Source of the DNA: Sphagnum compactum
Taxonomy: Eukaryota
NCBI GenBank assembly: GCA_965153455.1
Contig: OZ234494.1
Coordinates: 11,780,001 to 11,844,000 of the forward strand
Reading direction: 5' to 3'
DNA: 64,000 bases
The notes under the pieces: model-generated
Told to the model about the DNA's origin: nothing
Databases searched by the model: none
The model's input: only the letters and a program-made list of their open reading frames with translations
Shown here: positions 13,769 to 25,037 of the stretch, piece by piece
Layout: each line of letters opens with the position of its first letter
How positions within the stretch are numbered: the stretch's first letter is position 1
Position numbers and translations under genes: made by a program

Positions 13769-14063
13769 TAGTGTCTTTTTTTCGGGGGCGAAATTCCGCC
13801 AAATTTCTACCTAAAAAATATGATTTCAACCTATACAAAAGAGTTTCCATGAAAAAAAAAGGGGCCCCAAATTCGCCATATTTCGAGAAAAAAAAGTTTC
13901 CAGATTGCCAGATTTTTATGATAAGTTCCACTAAGTAGCCAAGAATATAGAAGGATCCTTTTTTAAGAAAAAACAAATTCCTACTTTCGTATTTAGTCTG
14001 TAGCCAAATGTGGCTAAATCATTTTATGGATGATTGCAAGTTCAGCTACATCACAAAATTTGG

Positions 14064-14101
<38 letters not shown>
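13769..14101 (+). mobile_element. Dispersed ~310-330 bp repeat with (C/T)AGTG-Tn ... An-C(A/C)CTG termini
   Basis: Homologous to 14447-14757 and 22727-22965; contains the TAGCCA-AATG-TGGCTA palindrome at 14001-14016. Confidence 0.65.
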
Positions 14102-14105
<4 letters not shown>

Positions 14106-14164
14106 ATAGGCAGGGTTCTGACACATTCCATTTGCCAGGGATGGGCCTCTTGTTGGTTCTACCG

Positions 14165-14436
14165 ATTTCTGTTGCTGATGTAATTCAATGGGGGGTTCTG
14201 GCACATTCCTTGTGCACTGTGTTTATGTCATATGGTGGTCATCTGTTCCGTTCTACCGATTTTCAGTACACTGTAATTACTGTAGTTACTGTAGTATCTT
14301 ATTTCTGTTGCTGATGTAATTCAATGGGGGGTTCTGGCACATTCCTTTTGCACTGTGTTTATGTCATATGGTGGTCATTTGTTCCGTTCTACCGATTTTC
14401 AGTACACTGTAATTACTGTAGTTACTGTAGTATCTT
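14165..14436. repeat. Tandem duplication, 2 x 136 bp
   Basis: ATTTCTGTTGCTGATG...GTAGTATCTT begins at 14165 and again at 14301 with few differences. Confidence 0.95.
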
Positions 14437-14446
14437 CGTCGCTGAG

Positions 14447-14757
14447 TAGTGTTTTTTCTAAAAAATTTGACCTGAAAAATATGAATTTGCCTTATACAAA
14501 GGAATTTTCATGGGAAAAAAAAATGGCCCAAAAAATTCGCCAGATTTCCATTTTTTTTTTAAATTATTATTTTTTGTTTTTCCAAATTGTCAATTTTTTA
14601 CGATAAGTTCCAGTAGGGTTGTCAAGAGTATAGAAGGATTCTGGTTTTTCTTTAATTTTTAAATTCATATCTAGTATGTAGTCAATTCTGGCTAAACCAT
14701 CTTATGGATGATTGCCACTTCAGCTACATCCAAAAAAATTTATGAAAAAAAACCCTG
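14447..14757 (+). mobile_element. Second copy of the CAGTG-Tn/An-CACTG dispersed repeat
   Basis: TAGTGTTTTTT start, AAAAAAAACCCTG end; internal match to 13769-14101 (GATAAGTTCCA, ATAGAAGGAT, ATGGATGATTGC). Confidence 0.65.
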
Positions 14758-17700
14758 GCACTTGGGGGTGCTGAATTATTTTAAAAATATTTTTTCAAGA
14801 TCCACTTCGGCAGTACAAATGATAATCTATGAAATTTCAGCAATAAATATAGGCAGGTCCTTTTGGCAATAAATATAGGCAGCTCCTTTTGGCAACTACT
14901 TTTGACTTTGAATTTTTTAGAGGAACATTATTTACTATTTTTTTCTGCAAAAAAAAAAAAAAAAAAGGTGGGGAAGAAATAATGTTCCACCAAATTATAG
15001 GATAGAAAAAAATGTTGTCAATTATTGGATTACCTGCTCTACAATGGAGGATTGGTGTGAAGCAAGAAGCTCTCTAGGTTTCCACCAATTTTGGTTATTT
15101 TCCCTCCATTTTGTAATTTCTTTAAAAATTTGACATTTTAAACAAATAAATTCTAAAATATTTCAACATTTTCAAAAATAATCTAATTACTACCGAACCT
15201 AAAAAAAAAGGTACTACAGTGTACAAATCAATGTATGAATCTGATTATCTAATCTTTCTAGCATTTCTTCTCCAGACAAACTAGCATACCGTAGCCTAGG
15301 GTCAGTTTTCACATTGACAAAAAAAAATTTTAAAAAAATTTGAAATTTGAAATTATTGAAATTTTCATGATCTATATATGAGATTGTCACATGAGTAGTG
15401 AAAGTTATTCAGAGTGTAGCCTATGATAATTATGTTGATTTTCAACATCATGTCAACTTCATATTTTCACAATAATTCATTTCACTATTTTGATGATTAT
15501 TTAATGACAAAACTGACTTTAGGTAAGGTAGTTTCCTTGGCACCTTTTGGCACAAATTATATTATTTTAAGAAAAAATGCTTATATTTTTCAAGAAGTAA
15601 TTTTCTCAAAGATTTTTTTTTTGGGGCGATGGAAAATGAAGAATCGTTTGAAAATATTCAGGAGTATTACAATTTTTCAATCCAATCTTCAAAATTAATT
15701 AGTTTTGCAGCAAACATGTGCTGAAGCTGCCCCCTTACTACAGTAGTAGCTTGCTTGCACACTTGGTAGGTGGGCTTTTCTTTTTGCTTTTTATGTGTGT
15801 CAACTTTGTTTTGGCATGATTTGCTGTGTTTTACTATTTCTATTCTTGTTAAGAGGAGTATAGCACTACAGGCATTGCAATTGGCATTGTGCATTTTTCA
15901 TATTCTTGTCATGCCCCCAACACTGACAGGTGAACTATTCCAACTTCTAACAAGCAAGATATGAACAAACCCAATTCAGCTTTCCTTCTTTTATGAAGGG
16001 TAAAGCTCGACAATTCATTTTATCGTGGTTTTAGCTCCCTTCTCTTTGGGGCTATTGCCGCTCGGGTGTGTAGAGAGCTTACGACCATAATGCCCTCAAT
16101 GGAACCTTACCACTCTTTTTTTTTTTAATTGGCAAAAATTTCACCAGAAAGAGAAATTCAAAATTCAAAATAAAATGATTTTGGAGGGTTTCAATCTTAG
16201 AGAAAACAAGTAAAAGATCACAAGATTCCCATATTTGGTTTTCAGTGTTAATCATAAAGACAAAAGGTTGATTAGAAATTTTGTGCTTCATATCTGGTTT
16301 ATATGCTCTTTTTTCTATAGCTTCCTATGTATGATCATCACTTATGTTACATTAAAAAAATCCTTAAAAAGACACCGTACTTAGTAATGTTTCATTTTTG
16401 TGAAGCAAAATTTATTTTGTAGTGTGGCAACAAATTTTTGTGGATTTTTAGGATTGAAAAAATGGATTAAAAAAGAAATTACTATTTTTTTGGAAAAAGC
16501 TCGTCACACTTTAGAAACCACAAAATTGATGGAAAAAAAAAGGAAAAAAAGACAAAAAAGAAAAACCCAACATGTACAGTAATCCTAAAATGAAACCCCA
16601 ATGGAAAGTATAGTGAGTTGAAACTCAAGTGATCACCAAAAACAGCAACAACAACAGCTTTCATAAATGTTCATCATTGCTTCCACAAAACAAAAAAGGA
16701 ATCCAGTCCAGTCTATTATTTGGCAGGCACAGAGACAGAGAGAGAGAAGCCAAAAAACCAGAGTCATGATAGTGACCAAATTCCGATTGAAGAATTACCA
16801 CCTAATTCGGGGTACGTGCAGGTGGCGGTCAGGGTTTCAGATCACGAGAAAAAAGTGTTAGGGAGAATTGGGTCAGACTCCAGAGCCTTCAGAAAGCCCA
16901 GAAATGGTAGTGGCTCATATAACACGTCGTCGGTGCTCTTCTTGTCTTTATAGAAACCCTCCCATTATGGAAACAACTCTCTTTTTTCATTTCCTGGCTT
17001 CTTTCCTGTTTCGTAGAAAAGAAATAATTTTCATGGGAACGTGGGAACATATAAAATTGGGGGAGATCCCTCGGTGGCGGCGGCATCATAATAATAATAA
17101 TAACAACAACGCCCTAGGGTTCTTCTGCTGTGGGAGATCCCTCAAAATACACAAAGAAAAAAATATTTAAAAAAAAAGGGAGTTGTTTCTTTACAAGAGA
17201 GAGAGATTTTCGACAACCAGCACAAAGTGTATATATCATGAAAGTGATCTCAAGCCTACTTATAGGTGTAGGTACTTCTAGGTGTAAGATCACTCCTACT
17301 AGGTGCTTCTTAGGTGCTTTCTTTTTGCTTGCAGATACCTACCTTACTTCTAAGGTACCTTTCCCATGTGTGTACCAGGAGGAGCAGAATTTTTACCATC
17401 ATATAAATAATTCCAAGAACATCAATGATCCCCTGTGCACATAGAGAGGTAGTAATAGTAGTAGTATTTCCCTGCATTCTTTCGGAACTTTCAAAATCAT
17501 TTTTTTCATTTCATTTCTAAGTATAGCCTATTTTCTGGATAGGTGCATCTTTTATACTCCATGCGTGCAATTTTGGTTTTCAAAAAAGCTGCAACAGGGA
17601 TGTTTGTTCTTTTGTGTTTGGGTGTCACTTACCGCCATTTGAACTTATTGGTCTTTGTATCTCTGTTTTGCCTGATCACCATGTAGTCTCTCAAGTACAC

Positions 17701-17819
17701 AAGGGTTAAGCAGGTCTTGAAGGCCTTTTTACTAATATGTAAATTGTACTTTGGATTTTGTTTGCAACTACATATAATAAAAAACTTTTTTGTGAGTGGG
17801 TTTGGGTTTTTTCTTTGTT

Positions 17820-18156
17820 GGTATTGCCTACCAAGGCCAAGGATATTATTATTGTGTTTAGATTCATCATCATAGAGAGTATAGTAGCTTAAGAGATTTT
17901 GGCCCCTATGTATAGTAGGTCTATTTTTATATGAGGATTTTTGAAAGATGATATTTTGGCTTGTGTTGAAACTTGACATTAGTTAGAGAGAGTTATGATA
18001 TCTTGAAGCATTTTGGTTTCTTTTTAGAGGACTTTTTTTTTGAAGATTATATTTTTGCGCGGTGAAATATTTGAATTTCCATAATTTTATTTTTTCTTTG
18101 CCTTAGAATACCTTTTTAATGTAAATGGCAAGGCCACAGTGTGACACACCCCTTAT
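17820..18156 (+). mobile_element. Non-autonomous Helitron2/Helentron-like element, copy 2
   Basis: Aligns over its full length with 12712-13041; ends GGCAAGGCCACAGTGTGACACACCCCTT. Confidence 0.65.
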
Positions 18157-18899
18157 TCTTTCATGTCTCACATACCATAGGAATTTTGTCTGGATCAGCA
18201 CTCAGGTGTTGAATAATGTTTCTTGTATTTTTAAAATAGAGTTGGGCAGTAAAAAATTGGTGATTTTGACCTAGTATTATGCTGAAATAAAAAATTATAA
18301 ATACAACTTACACAGTTGTTTCAAGTTTGAATCTTTTTTTGATATTGATGAACAAATAATTTTCTTTATTAACTTTAAAGGTTTTGAGTAGTTATATTTC
18401 AATGTGGGGGTAGCTATTAGAAATTGCACCCAAAACCCACTTGGGTATCGAGCTAGGTATTAGAGTTGATAACTACGATTATCAAAAAAATCAAATATCA
18501 AGTTTTGATATATAACTGCTGTTTCCCAAAAACTAAAAAACTTGATTATTACATGTAACCCTAATTCTCAAAAAACAAATTTGACAAGTCAAATAACCAC
18601 CTAAAAAATTGTCGATTCTTTCATCAAACCTGAATGGTAACCCTATCTTGTAAATCATGCTACTTCCAAGTTCCAACTCTTTGTCAAGTGTTTTTTAATA
18701 AAACAAACCTCTGATACTACAACCAGACTCGTACGTTTATAAATTGATACTAGTACAACAGAAGTAGTAATTGCAAGAGTTGTTCAGTTATTGATTTCAA
18801 AAGGAACTTGTGGTCCTGGTTATTATTTTTATTTTTTAATTAATTTTTTCCTTCATGGTTGTTTGTTGGGGTGGCAAGATTGTGTGGCATTTTTACATA

Positions 18900-20235
18900 G
18901 TGTCGAGGTATGGGTGAAAAAAAACAATCACATGTGGTAGGAGTAGTTGCAAGCACTACTTGAAAAGTTTTTCCAATGTTTAAGAACTTTGCACGGTAGC
19001 TTTAGCCTCATTCCCATTATTGTTGGATTCATTTGTTGGATTTGAATAACAAGAATTTTCGTGATCCTCTTCTTCTACACTAGTGAACATATCACTTGGA
19101 ACAGACTTTCCAACCATGGTTTCAATGGCCATATCCATGAAACCCTAAACCTTGATTTTATGTTGTGTTTTTTTGAGGATTGTTGCAAGGCTTTATCCAC
19201 CCATGTTATTAATGTGTTTTGTCTAGTTCAAGATAATTATTTTTTGCCATAACAAAGTTTCTTTCCTTTCTAAATGTTGTTTTGAATGGTTTGAAGCAAA
19301 TGACATCCAATGGTTAGAGCGCATGTGAAATATGGGTAAGTAAGGTGACCATGTTCAACGTAATTTCTACTACTTGTTCAAGTGTTTCTATTGTCACATG
19401 AAAACCATGCCCATCTAGAATAAAAAAATGTCAATTCTTTTCAGAAACCCCCCCTTGGAACATACTATAGAAAGAAAATTCAACCACTGGTTGAAGAGGT
19501 AAGTTATCATCCATGGTTTTTTTTACATTGCCATGTATGTTCTTGCTCTACATAATTCAATGTAATCTTTTTGCATCCTTGAACCTCTAAAAATGTAAAA
19601 TGGAAGCAAGGTTGCCCTTGCAACATTAATAACACAATTCATAGTCAACCAATCTCGAGATTTAGGGATGGTGTTGTAAACATCATGAAAACTTCATCTA
19701 CTTAAAACCCTAGCATTAGATTGTCACCTTAATTGAATTCCAAATGTGATATGATGGATATTTGTGTTATGTGTACATGATTTTCAAGTTGTAATAAAAT
19801 GTATGGCATGCTTCCCTAGTAAGCCTTTTCGCCCTAGACACCTTAAGTCCTTCTATGAGCCAAATACTGATTTTTGGATGATGTTTTAAAACCAATACCA
19901 TTAGTTGCTTCTTAGAACACCATTCTGAAATAGGGTAGGTATGGTCTCTGTGATTTCAACAACCTTCAATTTTAACTATTGTAGGGCGATAAATAATCCA
20001 ACATTCTACATATTCAAAACTGAAGTGACAATTACTACATCCTCTTGTTCTGTTAACACACCTTAGGGGCCCATTTTTCTACTTTTGGTTTTACCATTAA
20101 GGTGATTTAAAAGTGAGGACAATGGAATGTTCTAATATCTACTATCCTTTTGCAAAGATGTGTGTCCTTTTTTCCACTACATCCATGGCATAGATTCTAG
20201 TTATTGAGTATCCATTTGGCCCATTTAAACACATT
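18900..20235 (-). pseudogene. Decayed pogo/Fot1-type (Tc1-mariner superfamily) DDD transposase
   Basis: Minus strand gives HTH_psq-like MDVVEKGHTSLQKDSRY*NIPLSSLLNHLNG, a CENP-B-type HTH region, and catalytic motifs HFFILDGHGFHVT and VTLLTHISHAL*PLDVICFKPFK; many stops and frameshifts. Confidence 0.85.
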
Positions 20236-22726
20236 TGGTACTTTGTTAGTTCTAGTTTATCTTTATATTATTGTTGTGGGAAGATAATGTTGTTATTGTG
20301 TTGGTGTTGGGGCTGGTTTTGAATCTTGATTATGTTGTGTTGTTGGGGTGTCATGTTGTGGATGTTGGTTTTTTTAGTTTTCACAATTGGTACTTGAAAT
20401 CTCATTCTATCATTTTCATGGAACATTTAGATGTGTTGGAGTGTAATATATCAGTGGTGCACCCCTAGTATGTTGTAATGATTGTTGCAAGGCTACTTCC
20501 TACATTGGTACATTCATTTTAGGCCTATTTTTCCTAGTCCCAATCTCCAAAAACTTGGGGGTGTTTGTTAAGGTCTTACAAGAGGTACAAATCTATGTTT
20601 CTTTTATGAAGACCAATATATCAAAAATTGTGCTAGATTCGAATAGTTTTCAATTGCATAAGTTTCCACTTCCTCACAAAAAACATGTAGTTCATAGAAT
20701 TCAACAAAGTTTTTCCAATCTAATGTGACATCAGTTGTGGATGTGCATAAAATAGGAATGTATCTCAAAGTGTGACGTGATGGAAGAGAAGGAAATGTAC
20801 GACCCTTGCTATTATTAGAATGAGATAACATTTTTAGGAATGTAGATTCATGATTCCAACAATAATATAGGTAGTTTGAATATTTGATAGTGTATACTTG
20901 TACTAGCTTTGGTATGCCACTCATATTTGGCTTTTTTTGCACTATATCTATTTTTTCAAGCTCTTTTACCTCCTTTTTGACTACAAGTGTAATAAGAACT
21001 CCTTATACCTCCTCCTTAATTTCAAATGCAATAGGAACCTTTTTCTTGACCTCCTTCGTATTAAAGTCAACTTCTATTACCTTCTTGATTTCGATTGTAG
21101 CTAAGTTGTTGTCTAAACCCTTATTCATCCCAAATTGTACTTTTTTTAGAAAGCTGTGAAACTCTTGTAACTCACTTTCTACTTGATGTGACATGCTTAG
21201 TTTAGAATTACAAGGTTTTATTTTATGATTGCAAAGATATCTACCCTTACATTGTTACTACATGATTTTTTGTGAGAAATGCAATATACGAATTGTGATG
21301 GGGAAGTCCTTAATTGAATGACCGGGTTTTTATTCCAATGGAATATTCAAAGTTGTCTTAGTGTTATAATAGGCTTTGTTGATGGATATTCTAAAATAAG
21401 GCAAGTTGTTTATTTTGATGTACACAAATAATAAAATTTGAGGTTGACGTATGTTGTTACTTGTTCATTTAGGGATTTATTTTCAAACACTTGTATGGAT
21501 GTGTTTGTGCATAAAAATTTCAAATTCACAATCACATAACTATTGTTTAACATTGCCTTGGACCCCTATTCCAAACAAAAGATTGCATAGGAGCAATCCT
21601 AATTGTGTGCACTCCAAACTACTACCCTTTAAAAGTGGGATGTTTGGCCCCCCTATTTCCAAACACTTAATTTCCCAAACGCATTTGGTATCATAAAAAT
21701 TTCAGAACACAAGATTCATGACCAGACATTCGATGATAGGTGTGAATTTGAACAATAATCCACAGAACAAAAAAAAACTAGCGCGCAAGTGTTAACATAT
21801 TCTAAATGGCTGTTCAGTCACCGGCTGCCGATTGGTGATGGGCTGTTCTACCCTATCCACTGGCTATCACAATTGTATTGTAGAATCTCAGTTGGGTTCT
21901 GCACACAAGTGTCAAATAATTTATTTATTTTATAATTAAAAATTCTTCATGTGAGTTTTTTAGTTTTGAACTTTTCGGCATATAATGAATTTATATATAT
22001 TAAATTCTAACTCAACTTCAGAGTTCTTTTCTTGTCCTTGTGGTCATTCTCTTCGCGACCAACATGCTTATTTGTATTAGGGCGTGGTTTGATTCCAGAT
22101 TTCTGTAATTTAAATTTTTGAATTTTTTTGACAACGGAGTTAAATTTTTTTTCACAAAATTCAACAAAATAAAAAATAATTTCATTTATTCTGAAGTTGC
22201 CCATGTACTACAGAATGTAGTGTTAAATTTTTTTTTTAAAAAATCAAATGTCTTCAGATTGTTATGAATTTGAGGAAGAGATTGTCACCAGCATGAACAC
22301 TTTGCATGTAAGGATAAGTGGAGCAAGTACTCAGGTAGAATCCTTTAGATTGTTTTTTGTTTTGTTTTTTTTTTTTTTTTGTTTGGGGTCAATTTTGTGA
22401 CATACCCAAAGTGCCCATCACCCATAAGATAATTTAGCCAAATTTGGTTATGAATGACATATGAAAGTAAATTTTTTAAGTAGGCCTTTTATGTATTTTG
22501 GCTACCTATTGGAACCAAATACAAACATTTGGAGATTTTTTTATCAATGGTTTGTTAGAACTTTGGCATTTGAAAACCTGGAAAAAAAATCACTTCATGT
22601 CTGCTTTTAATTTCCCATTTTTCACCAAATTGTGCCATAAAGAGTGTTGCCAATGCACTAAAGAATGGACCCACTAGCCAGAACTAACTGGTTCCATTGG
22701 TGTATATGGAGGGCACCTTACCCTCA

Positions 22727-22965
22727 TTGGTTTTTTTGGGGGGTGAAAGTTTGCCCAAATTTCAACCTGAAAAATATGGTTTTGTCCTACACAAGGGATT
22801 TTTCATGGGAGAAAAATGACCCAAATTAGCCACATTTTGAAGGAAAAAAATTAAAATCCAAATCACCAGATTTTGATGAGAAGTTCCAGTAGGTAGCCAA
22901 GAAAATAGAAGGATGCTGGTTTTTTTCTACTTTCATTTGTAGTATGTAGCCAAATCTGGCTAAAT
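22727..22965 (+). mobile_element. Third, 3'-truncated copy of the CAGTG-Tn dispersed repeat
   Basis: Matches 13769-14016 through TAGCCAAATCTGGCTA; a related reverse copy lies at ~22350-22650. Confidence 0.6.
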
Positions 22966-23364
22966 TGATGAAACCCCCTTGCTTACCCTGGCTAATATTA
23001 CAGCCGCAAAAGAGGAAACACTAATTACGCATTTTAGTGTATTTGGAGGTTGCATAATATAGTGCAGTTTTTACCTCTGCCAAAAGGCAGGCATTTCGGC
23101 AGACAATTATTCATTTTTGTGATATAATTATCTTTACTTAATTTGATGTTATTTTAAAAACTTCAATAAGGCTTTGATGAAGATTCAATAACAAAAATCA
23201 TAATGAAATGAAATGAAATTAAATTTTATTATTATTTTTTGTATTGTTGTTGTTTTTTTTATGTTATAAAAATTTATGATTGCCCTAAGATAGTAGACAT
23301 GCATGTATAATTTTAGGTTTTACCAAGCATATATGGGACAAACACAATTAGTTTCTATTTAGAA

Positions 23365-23408
23365 AGAAGAAGAAGAAGAAATGATGATGATGATGATGAT
23401 GATGATAA
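23365..23408. repeat. Compound (GAA)n(ATG)n microsatellite
   Basis: Directly visible. Confidence 0.9.
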
Positions 23409-24902
23409 TGAAAGAATGGTGTGAGAATGCATGTACAATTAGAAAAAAACCAGACCAGGTTTTCACTGCTGGATAACAAGCTCCAAACTGGGCAGTTCCA
23501 GGAATTCAGATCCTACCCGCAGCCCTGATTGCCAGAACAGCCCCATTCTGGGTCCTTATCTTACACATAATGCCTTGCCCTAACGTCTAAGGACTCTCAC
23601 TAGGATCCGGACACATTCCCTGGTGGAAAGGGAATATAGGGAGGTAAGAAATGACGGAATTGACCACCATGGCCAAATTCTGACAATCTGAAAATCTTGT
23701 ACGGTCTCCGTTCACAGTGGTAGACAATTCCTTCTGACATGGGCAAAAGGTCGTTCCAACAGTGGGAAGTCACCCGTCTGAATTTTCACCCTACAGGAGA
23801 CACTTAAAAATTCTGGACCGGAATTCTGGAACTTTGATTCTGGGCGGATTCCTGTCATTCACCCGTCGGAATGATTACCAAAACTCATCATTCCAACGTT
23901 CTGACGGAATTCCAGTGTGTATAGCCAGACAGACATACCGGAACAGTGCCTTTTTCTTTTTCTTTTTTCTTTTTCATTCGAAAATTTGGCGAAATTAATC
24001 ACAAAAAATAAGAAAAATTAGTCGAATTTACACTAGAAAACAACAAATTTCCAAAAATTTCCCATTTCCCAATTTCTTTGTCGAGAAATATCCAAATTTC
24101 GCCAGAAAAAAAAGAAAAAAAACACTGGCACTGGAACGACAACCCGCCATAACTACGGGTCCCTTTTAGCCGCGGGCGTCTGCTTCGGAACCACACCCGC
24201 CCCGCCATAGCTTCGGGTCCCTTCGCGCTGCAGGCGTCTGTGTTCCGTGCGCACGTCCCCCTTGGTCTCTTGTCTGCTGCGGCTGCACTGCTATATCTTC
24301 GTAGCGTGTTTCTTTCGGGTCTCAGAAGCGACGAATTCTTTTTTCGCAAGTTTTGATATCGGATACACTCTTTTGCGGTGTTGGAGACGGCATTTTTTGG
24401 GAAGGTTTTATATTCTGTTTTCAAAAGATTTTGCGTTGCGGAAAAGGTGACACTCTATTCTGAAGTTTGATCTTGTTGTTGTTGTTGATTTTGTGTTTTT
24501 TGGAAAGATCTCGATGTCTTGGGATGGTAATCTGATTGCACCGGCAGTCAGCAGTCGTAGTATCGATCCTCTTGACTTCTTTCATGAACTTTGTTCTCGC
24601 ATCGCACGTCTCTTTTTTTTTTGGGGTCTCTTTCATCAACTTTGTTGTCATTTCTTCTTCTTCTTCTTCTTCTTCGCCTCTTTCATCAACTTTGTTGTGT
24701 GACCTTTTCATACGTTGCTGTAGACCTGCAGCATTCGCGCCCGAAAACCGAGAGTATCAATAAGCAAGGACTTTTGTCTTCCTTTCTCCGCCATGGCCTT
24801 CGTCTTCAGTGGCGAACGTTGAACTGTAAGATGGTTCTTAATTTTCCCTGCATCGTTATGGTTCGAGTATTGTTACCATCAGCCGCCTGAATAGAGTCGG
24901 AC

Positions 24903-25037
24903 ATGGCGACAGCGGAGAGGAAGCCGATTTTTTTGCCTTCTCCCTCTGGCAAGATTGAGCCGGAGTCGAGTATGAGTGACAAAATAGCTCAAGTTTTGCA
25001 GTTGGTGCAGAAAGAAGGCCCTCTCTCGAAGAAGCAG
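24903..25037 (+). CDS. Sec14-like gene exon 1 (MATAERK...PLSKKQ)
   Basis: ATG at 24903; joins in phase 0 to exon 2 via a CAG|GCACGA donor. Confidence 0.75.

Noticed and set aside
16030-16050. miR319/miR159-like GAAGGGAGCT on the minus strand
   Set aside because: Only ~10 nt match; the 5' TTGGA part is absent and there is no long precursor stem.
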